DNA of 64,000 nt from an uncultured virus (IMG/VR IMGVR_UViG_3300037488_001694). Taxonomy: Duplodnaviria > Heunggongvirae > Uroviricota > Caudoviricetes. The notes under the pieces are model-generated. The model saw only the letters and a list, made by a program, of their open reading frames with translations. It searched no databases and was not told where the DNA came from. Position numbers and translations under genes: made by a program. Position 1 is the stretch's first letter. Each line of letters starts with the position of its first letter. Shown piece after piece: positions 56,831 to 64,000 of this stretch. The stretch is from the IMG/VR virus record IMGVR_UViG_3300037488_001694; one strand, given 5' to 3'.

Positions 56831-59674
56831 ATGGCACAACAGAACATTAATCAATATGTGTATCCGAAACTAAAAATAAGTTTCGCTTTAGATACTTCAG
56901 ATATGTCCTTATCGTCTGATGAGGTGGATTACAACCAAGAGGTTGTGTTCTCACCATATCTTATTGCCCAAACATATGGAAATAGATTACCTGTTTACTA
57001 TGACCTTAATAGTTCGAACACCACACAAAATTTAACACTTACATATGGTCAATATGATTTTAGAAATTTAGTTGTTTCTGAAAATTATTATAATCCCGAT
57101 AATTTGGATTTAACTTGTTTTAGTGCTCAAAGTGCTTGTGATATAGGTTTAGTCGGAATGGACAATGGTTTGGTAACATCTTTAGTCGGTCAAACAATTA
57201 CATTTACTAATGGATTATTTAATCAAACGGAAAAATTCCAAAGAACATATTTTGATAGAAGAATGAAGATGTTCCAAGTTACGGGATATACTTCACAATA
57301 TAATAGATTTTCAGGTATTCCAAAAAATACTTTATATGAAATTGAAAGTACTGTAGAACCTAACGTTGGTAAATACCATAAGTTATATGGTGGTTTTTAC
57401 CAAGGTTTCTATAAATTATTTGGTTATGATTATGAAGCGTTACCGGAAAGAACCAATAAAGGTTGGTCGGTAGAGATGTTATTAAAACCAAGAATTATAA
57501 ATGATAGGATACCAGGATCAGGTGATACAACATTAAATGAAATTTATCCTGATAATAAAAATACATTCTTTTATTTAGGGACACGAGCTGAAAATAAATT
57601 TTATCACCACGCAGATGGTCATCCAAAATGTTTTACGGGTTATACAAGAGTAACATCAGGATTAACGGATTGTTTAGTTACTTGTGCTTGTTGTAATACA
57701 GGAGTAACAAATAGTAGATGTATTTTTGTTTACCCTCCAAGATCTGTTGATGGAATTCACGATTACCATGTTAATTATGGGTGTGATGTTTGTAGGGAAC
57801 AAAAACGTTATTGTGGTTGTGATTGCGGTGAGGAACCTTGTGGTACTTGTGGTTGGGAATGTAAAACTCACCCATGTGCATTAATAACGGGGGTTACCCC
57901 AACGCCAATGCCAATTGTACCTCTAATATGTAAACCATGTGTACCAACCCCTACTCCAACTCCTACTCCATCACCAACACCTATTTATTGTGAAGTAGTA
58001 CCTCCTTGTGAACACCCTTGTCCTGATTGTGAAACCTGTGACGAATGTGTTGATTGTATTACCTGTGCAACCACAGGATATACATCAATAGAAGATACTT
58101 GTGAGAAAGATCCATTATGGGATTCATTGTCTAATGCGTTTTCCGTTAAATTTTCAGGAGACCCAAGAAACCCAAGAATATGTGTGAAAGCATTAAGATT
58201 TACCGGTGACTGTGTCACAACAGGAAGTTGTTCAACAACAGGAATAACTCAAATGACAGGTTATACGATTGATACGTATTGTTCTCCAAATGGAATATAT
58301 GATTATTGTATTAATAAATGCGATACATTTTTTGATTTAGAAAAGTGGGCGTTAATTGATGTTGTATGGCGAAGATACACTTGGCTTGATACTTGTGATT
58401 TACAATGGAGGGGTGGGTTAGGTGATATAACGGAAGTAAAATATTTAGATTCGTTAGTAAACGATACAACTAAATTAATAAAACCACCATATACTCACGA
58501 AAATTGTAGTATTGATCCTGAAACAATAGAATTAGTTAGGCTTAACCAAAAATGGTTAAATGATTTAGAATTTAGAATGGGTAGATTAAAAATCTATGTT
58601 AATGGAAAACCATTCTTTACTATTGAGAATTTTGAAGAAATTATTCCAAGACCTTTGGATACCGATAAAGAAAGACAAATTGGAGTTCCGTTTAATATGT
58701 CTTGGGGTGGGGGAACACAAGGATTACGTGAGAATTTAATTTTCTCTTCTTGTACTTTACCTTATACAGATTATATCCAAGACCCGGAATTATTCCCTGA
58801 GAATGTTCTTAGTGGAACAACATTTGCAGGAATGAGAACAAATATTTTATTGGAACAAAATTTTGGTGGAACATTTGAGGGAGGTATTTCTCAATTTAGA
58901 ATGTATGTTGACCCATTGACGGCACCTGAAATAAAACATAACTTTAAAATATTAAAGGACAGATTTAGTATGTTTGATCCTGACTGCCCTGATTGTGATC
59001 CTGTGGTATGTGAGGTAAATGATTTTGAGTATGATGTTGTTGGAGAAACACCAACACCAACGCCAACTATAACATCAACCCCAAGACCAACTCCAACACC
59101 AACACAAACATTATTACCATTAGATTGTGAAAATTGTAATACTCAAGCTGTTTTACCATTACCAGGAAATAATATTACGTATTCAAGTGGTATTAGTATT
59201 TCTGCCATTGGAACAGGAAGTGTTACACCATACACATTCCCAACGGGAACAGAAAACTATTGTGGATTTACTGGTTTACAAAATACGGTTTGGTTGGGTC
59301 AATCAGGATCGTTTACATATACCTTAAACTTTAGTCAACCAATTAATAATTTTAATTTTACTTTACTTGGATATGAAATTACAGGAGGGAATCCAGAATC
59401 TTTTACTATAACAACAAACACAGGAAATAACACACCTGAAATTATTTTATGTTCAGGATGTTGTGCATCAATTTCGGGGAATGTTATAACCGCAAGTAAT
59501 ATAAATAATGATTGTGATCCGATTTGTGGTAATGGTTGTGGAGCGGGACAATTCACGATAAACAACTCAGTATCTTTCACGTCTTTAACAATTGCAGGTA
59601 GTGGAGGTAATGCGGGATCCGTAATGTCAATTTGTGATTCCATACCATCGGTAACTCCGACACCAACGCAGTAA
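56831..59674 (+). CDS. large Cys-rich, PT-repeat virion protein
   Basis: 947 aa; Cys clusters, PT linkers, LamG-like elements (LKIYVNG, GGISQFRMY). Confidence 0.7.
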   Translation: MAQQNINQYVYPKLKISFALDTSDMSLSSDEVDYNQEVVFSPYLIAQTYGNRLPVYYDLNSSNTTQNLTLTYGQYDFRNLVVSENYYNPDNLDLTCFSAQSACDIGLVGMDNGLVTSLVGQTITFTNGLFNQTEKFQRTYFDRRMKMFQVTGYTSQYNRFSGIPKNTLYEIESTVEPNVGKYHKLYGGFYQGFYKLFGYDYEALPERTNKGWSVEMLLKPRIINDRIPGSGDTTLNEIYPDNKNTFFYLGTRAENKFYHHADGHPKCFTGYTRVTSGLTDCLVTCACCNTGVTNSRCIFVYPPRSVDGIHDYHVNYGCDVCREQKRYCGCDCGEEPCGTCGWECKTHPCALITGVTPTPMPIVPLICKPCVPTPTPTPTPSPTPIYCEVVPPCEHPCPDCETCDECVDCITCATTGYTSIEDTCEKDPLWDSLSNAFSVKFSGDPRNPRICVKALRFTGDCVTTGSCSTTGITQMTGYTIDTYCSPNGIYDYCINKCDTFFDLEKWALIDVVWRRYTWLDTCDLQWRGGLGDITEVKYLDSLVNDTTKLIKPPYTHENCSIDPETIELVRLNQKWLNDLEFRMGRLKIYVNGKPFFTIENFEEIIPRPLDTDKERQIGVPFNMSWGGGTQGLRENLIFSSCTLPYTDYIQDPELFPENVLSGTTFAGMRTNILLEQNFGGTFEGGISQFRMYVDPLTAPEIKHNFKILKDRFSMFDPDCPDCDPVVCEVNDFEYDVVGETPTPTPTITSTPRPTPTPTQTLLPLDCENCNTQAVLPLPGNNITYSSGISISAIGTGSVTPYTFPTGTENYCGFTGLQNTVWLGQSGSFTYTLNFSQPINNFNFTLLGYEITGGNPESFTITTNTGNNTPEIILCSGCCASISGNVITASNINNDCDPICGNGCGAGQFTINNSVSFTSLTIAGSGGNAGSVMSICDSIPSVTPTPTQ

Positions 59675-59860
59675 GGACAGATGTGAATGACCCAAGAAGT
59701 TTTGACATATATGTTGGGAATTATTTAAATAGTCCAACAAGTTTCCCAAGTTCAATTGCGGTTTTAATTTATCGTCAAGTAGGTACAAACCCACCAATTA
59801 TTTATGACCCGAATTATTTTGTATAAAATAATTTGGTATTGTATTTATAGGTAAACAAAG

Positions 59861-61369
59861 ATGAGTCAAACTATATTAATAGGGAGTATTAATTATAACG
59901 GTGAAATTGCAACCGTATTATTTAAACCAGATAATGCAAATGTTGTTATCAATTTAGGTAATGTTGTCTTGCCGTATTTATTTGACCCATCTTTATTAAA
60001 CCCACCAAGAGAAATTTATGGTACTTATACAATTTTAGTTTTAGGGGATGATGGAAATTGCAAGACAGATTGTCCAAACATACTACAAGTACCAAGACCG
60101 ACTCCAACGCCAACCCCAACACTAACACCAACAAGAACATTAACACCGACCCCAACTCCTACGATTACTCCAACCCCAACCTTTGATCCTTGTAAGGTTC
60201 CAACACCTACACCAACAACAACATCAACACCAACGATTACACCTACCAATACTCCAACACCAAGTGCGACTTGTACAAATCCATGTGGTTGTCCTGAACC
60301 AAGTAGAACTCCAAGACCAACAAGAAGTCCAAAACCAACACCAAGTGCAACAAGTGGGTATTGTTATCCAACACCAACACCAACTCCAACTAATACACCA
60401 ACCCCAACATCAACTTTAACGCCCACAGTTATACCAACAAACACAGTTACGCCAACGAATACGGTAACACCAACTAATACGACTACACCAACTAATACGA
60501 CTACACCTACGGTAACTGAAACCCCAACTAACACACCTACCCCTACAATAACTGAAACTCCAACTAATACGCCAACAAACACAATCACACCAACAAATAC
60601 CATCACATCAACCCCTACAACAACACCCACAGTAACTAATACACCAACTTTAACAACAACACCAACTAATACCCCAACATTAACATCAACACCAAACTTG
60701 GTCATATCCGGATTAATTATACGATTAGATGCGTATGATGAGTTAAGTTATTCGGGTTCAGGAACGAACGTTCTTAACTTACAAACACCAGGAACGTATG
60801 ATCACACATTAACAGGTGCAGATTATGTAGTTCTTAATGGTATAAAATGTTTTGATTGTACGACAGGAACTGACAGAGTCGTTGTAAATGGTGATGGACC
60901 TACATTACCAACATCAGGTTATACATATATTACTTGGGCAAGATTGATATCCAGTACCGCAGCATTTAGAACATTACTTTATACAAATGGTTCTACTAAA
61001 ATCACACCAATTACAATCCCTGATGGTACAAATACTTTAGGATATTGGGACACCGCATTTAGAAGTTCGGGATATGATTTATCAGGTCAAACTAGTGTTT
61101 GGGTTCAATATGCAGTTGTTGGAACAAATTCATCTCAAAAATTTTATATAAATGGTTCTGAAGTTGGAAGTGAAATTGCTTTTGGTTCAGGTGGAAACAC
61201 ACATTGGGGATGGGGTAATAATCAGGGACCAAGTCAACCATTTGGATATGTTGCCAATATGTATTTCTATAATAGACAATTATCACTTTCTGAAATAACA
61301 CAACAATATAACTTCTTGGCCCCAAGATTTATTGAAGTAACACCTACTCCTACACCAACAGGAATATAA
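59861..61369 (+). CDS. PT-repeat stalk plus LamG/concanavalin-like domain protein
   Basis: ~200 aa of (PT/TN)n, then YTYITW...FYING...[15 protein letters not shown]. Confidence 0.75.
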   Translation: MSQTILIGSINYNGEIATVLFKPDNANVVINLGNVVLPYLFDPSLLNPPREIYGTYTILVLGDDGNCKTDCPNILQVPRPTPTPTPTLTPTRTLTPTPTPTITPTPTFDPCKVPTPTPTTTSTPTITPTNTPTPSATCTNPCGCPEPSRTPRPTRSPKPTPSATSGYCYPTPTPTPTNTPTPTSTLTPTVIPTNTVTPTNTVTPTNTTTPTNTTTPTVTETPTNTPTPTITETPTNTPTNTITPTNTITSTPTTTPTVTNTPTLTTTPTNTPTLTSTPNLVISGLIIRLDAYDELSYSGSGTNVLNLQTPGTYDHTLTGADYVVLNGIKCFDCTTGTDRVVVNGDGPTLPTSGYTYITWARLISSTAAFRTLLYTNGSTKITPITIPDGTNTLGYWDTAFRSSGYDLSGQTSVWVQYAVVGTNSSQKFYINGSEVGSEIAFGSGGNTHWGWGNNQGPSQPFGYVANMYFYNRQLSLSEITQQYNFLAPRFIEVTPTPTPTGI

Positions 61370-61400
61370 TTTATTTTTTTATTTCAACTATTTATAGGAT

Positions 61401-61709
61401 ATGACACAAATACAAATAAATTCCATAACGGGATCAGCATATCCTTATACTCTTTACGCTTGTGATGTTTATGGTAATCAGTGTCTTTTAATTGCAACAA
61501 TTCCATCCACAGCAACATTTCCTTTAATTATAACATTACCACCACAATTCAATGGTGCTCCCGCAGTTGGGTTGAAAATGATAGATATTTTAGGTTGTGA
61601 ATTATTTGGAGTTATCTATTGTCAAGGTGTTAATAAAGGTAAATTATTTGAGGATGGGGAGATATTCTTATTTATGGACGCAGAGATTTACATTTTCCAA
61701 GACCAATAA
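61401..61709 (+). CDS. hypothetical protein
   Basis: 102-aa ORF; TATTTAT upstream. Confidence 0.7.
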   Translation: MTQIQINSITGSAYPYTLYACDVYGNQCLLIATIPSTATFPLIITLPPQFNGAPAVGLKMIDILGCELFGVIYCQGVNKGKLFEDGEIFLFMDAEIYIFQDQ

Positions 61710-61742
61710 TCATTTTTACAATATTTATTAATAAAAATAATA

Positions 61743-64000
61743 ATGGGATTTCAAAGACTTACGGATAGGACAATTGCCACAGGTGTATCACTTAATGATT
61801 TAATACATATCGTTATTACCGGCGACACGTCCCAAAATCCGGCAGGATCTTCATATAAAGCAACAATTGCACAAGTAGGTGCGGCAATCACAAGTGTTGG
61901 TACTTCAGGTACAGACGGTACTTCAGGTACAGATGGAACAAGCGGAATTAATGGAACTTCAGGGACAAACGGAACTTCAGGTACAAATGGATCTTCAGGT
62001 ACAGATGGTACATCTGGAAGTAACGGAACAGATGGTACTTCCGGTACTAATGGGACTAACGGATCTTCGGGCACAAATGGAACCAATGGATCTTCAGGAA
62101 CAGATGGTACTAATGGGTCTTCAGGTACAGATGGTACTTCAGGAACAAACGGATCTTCAGGAACAAATGGCACTTCAGGTACAGACGGCACTTCAGGAAC
62201 GAATGGTACAGACGGCACATCAGGAACAAATGGAACTGATGGAAGTTCTGGAACAGATGGAACAAATGGAAGTTCGGGTACAGATGGAACTAATGGAAGT
62301 TCAGGAACAGATGGTACTTCAGGATCTGATGGTACCTCAGGTACGGACGGAACTTCAGGTACGGACGGAACTTCAGGTACGGACGGTACAAGTGGAATAT
62401 CAGGAGTAAACGGAACAAGCGGAACTAACGGAACAAATGGTTCTTCAGGAACAGATGGAACAAATGGTAGTTCGGGAACAGATGGTACTAGTGGTACAGA
62501 TGGAACTAATGGAAGTTCGGGTACGGACGGTACTTCAGGAACGGACGGAACTAATGGGTCTTCAGGGACTGATGGTACGAACGGTACTTCAGGTACTGAT
62601 GGTACGAACGGTACTTCAGGTACTGATGGTACTAGCGGAACGGATGGAACTAATGGAAGTTCAGGTACGGATGGTACTAGCGGAACAGATGGAACAAATG
62701 GTAGTTCAGGAACAGACGGAACAAATGGTTCAAGTGGGACGGATGGAACAAACGGATCAAGTGGTACAGATGGTACTTCAGGAACAGACGGATCTAGCGG
62801 AACAAATGGTACTGACGGAACTAGCGGAACAAATGGTACTGACGGATCTAGTGGGACAAATGGTACGGATGGATCTAGTGGGACAAATGGTACGGATGGT
62901 TCTAGTGGGACAAATGGTACGGATGGAACAAGCGGTACAGATGGAACAAATGGATCAAGTGGGACTGATGGAACAAATGGATCTTCAGGTACTGATGGAA
63001 CTAGTGGTACAGACGGAACTAATGGTTCAAGTGGTACGGATGGTACTTCAGGAACAGACGGAACTAATGGAACTTCAGGAACAGATGGAACTAATGGGTC
63101 TTCAGGTACGGACGGAACAAATGGTTCAAGTGGAACCGATGGAACTTCAGGTACGGATGGAACTTCAGGTACGGATGGGACTAATGGATCTTCAGGAACA
63201 GACGGTACGAGCGGAACCGATGGAACTAATGGTAGTTCAGGTACAGATGGTACTAATGGATCTAGCGGAACTGATGGAACTAATGGTTCAAGTGGAACTG
63301 ATGGTACTAATGGATCTTCAGGTACAGATGGTACTAGTGGAACTGATGGTACAAACGGATCTTCAGGAACAGACGGTACGAGCGGAACCGATGGAACAAA
63401 TGGTTCAAGTGGAACTGATGGTACAAACGGGTCATCAGGTACAGATGGAACCAGCGGTACAGACGGAACAAATGGTAGTTCAGGAACAGACGGAACAAAT
63501 GGTTCTTCAGGAACAAATGGTACTGATGGAACTAGCGGAACAGATGGAACTAGCGGAACCGATGGAACAAGTGGTACAGATGGTACTAATGGATCTAGTG
63601 GCACTGATGGAACAAATGGCTCTTCAGGTACGGATGGTACTAGCGGAACAGATGGAACAAATGGAAGTTCGGGTACGGATGGAACAAATGGAAGTTCAGG
63701 TACAGACGGAACTAGCGGAACAGATGGTACGAATGGGACTAGCGGTCTTTCAGGTGTAGATGGTACGGATGGTACTTCAGGTACTGACGGAACCTCAGGA
63801 ACTGACGGAACAAATGGTTCTTCAGGTACTAATGGTACCGATGGGACTTCAGGAACAGACGGAACAAATGGTTCAAGTGGAACAGATGGAACTTCAGGTA
63901 CGGATGGTACTAATGGAACTAGCGGAACAGATGGAACAAATGGTAGTTCAGGTACAAATGGTACTAACGGAACGTCGGGAACTAATGGTACGAATGGAAC
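61743..64000 (+). CDS. Gly-X-Y repeat (collagen-like) fibre protein, 3'-truncated by the window
   Basis: MGFQRLTDRTIATG... then GTS/GTD/GTN/GSS triplets from 61899 to the window end; absent from the ORF track because no stop is in the window; TATTTAT at 61722. Confidence 0.85.
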   Translation, partial: MGFQRLTDRTIATGVSLNDLIHIVITGDTSQNPAGSSYKATIAQVGAAITSVGTSGTDGTSGTDGTSGINGTSGTNGTSGTNGSSGTDGTSGSNGTDGTSGTNGTNGSSGTNGTNGSSGTDGTNGSSGTDGTSGTNGSSGTNGTSGTDGTSGTNGTDGTSGTNGTDGSSGTDGTNGSSGTDGTNGSSGTDGTSGSDGTSGTDGTSGTDGTSGTDGTSGISGVNGTSGTNGTNGSSGTDGTNGSSGTDGTSGTDGTNGSSGTDGTSGTDGTNGSSGTDGTNGTSGTDGTNGTSGTDGTSGTDGTNGSSGTDGTSGTDGTNGSSGTDGTNGSSGTDGTNGSSGTDGTSGTDGSSGTNGTDGTSGTNGTDGSSGTNGTDGSSGTNGTDGSSGTNGTDGTSGTDGTNGSSGTDGTNGSSGTDGTSGTDGTNGSSGTDGTSGTDGTNGTSGTDGTNGSSGTDGTNGSSGTDGTSGTDGTSGTDGTNGSSGTDGTSGTDGTNGSSGTDGTNGSSGTDGTNGSSGTDGTNGSSGTDGTSGTDGTNGSSGTDGTSGTDGTNGSSGTDGTNGSSGTDGTSGTDGTNGSSGTDGTNGSSGTNGTDGTSGTDGTSGTDGTSGTDGTNGSSGTDGTNGSSGTDGTSGTDGTNGSSGTDGTNGSSGTDGTSGTDGTNGTSGLSGVDGTDGTSGTDGTSGTDGTNGSSGTNGTDGTSGTDGTNGSSGTDGTSGTDGTNGTSGTDGTNGSSGTNGTNGTSGTNGTNG
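61899..64000 (+). repeat. 9-nt-period coding repeat (G-T/S-S/D/N)n
   Basis: Degenerate GGNACNTCA/GAY/AAY units with mixed synonymous codons. Confidence 0.9.

Noticed and set aside
61751..63759. Track ORFs 61751-63604 (-, PSVP repeats), 61879-62409 and 62437-63759 (+, MELQ repeats)
   Set aside because: Shadow frames of the Gly-X-Y repeat; the real gene starts at ATG 61743 with a promoter motif and a non-repetitive N-terminus
1..64000. CRISPR array, integrase or transposase, introns or inteins in terminase or capsid genes
   Set aside because: No repeat-spacer array seen; all tandem repeats are coding; core genes are uninterrupted
1..64000. Stop-codon reassignment
   Set aside because: Genes are full length in code 11, TAG and TGA are used as real stops, and no suppressor anticodon was found

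Overview
64 kb AT-rich segment of a large T4-like (jumbo) phage, most likely infecting Bacteroidota. The host inference rests on TAnnTTTG promoters, the lack of Shine-Dalgarno sites, and a bS21 gene inverted within the head-gene block. Layout: (1) 1-4.4 kb is a tRNA array interleaved with aberrant tRNA-like RNAs and unexplained structured RNAs. (2) 4.5-8.4 kb holds lysis/cell-wall genes. (3) 8.6-15 kb is an RNA/translation quality-control locus: a ~870-nt ORF-free structured RNA (GOLLD-like) behind an rrn-style boxB/boxA leader, smpB, a tmRNA with an unusual 21-aa tag, a Zn peptidase and an N-domain-less ClpC. (4) 15-31 kb is head morphogenesis (terminase, portal, bS21, prohead protease, scaffold, major capsid). 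(5) 31-56.8 kb is a minus-strand block with baseplate-like genes, a gp55-like sigma factor, PhoH, a GDP-fucose/glycosyltransferase cluster, dUTPase, an exonuclease and a WYL protein. (6) 56.8-64 kb encodes Cys-rich, Pro/Thr-rich and Gly-X-Y repeat virion proteins, the last cut by the window end. A TATTTAT motif precedes over 20 genes (probable late promoter). A shared short amphipathic terminal peptide on unrelated proteins suggests a capsid cargo-targeting system. All calls come from reading the sequence by eye; no database searches were run.
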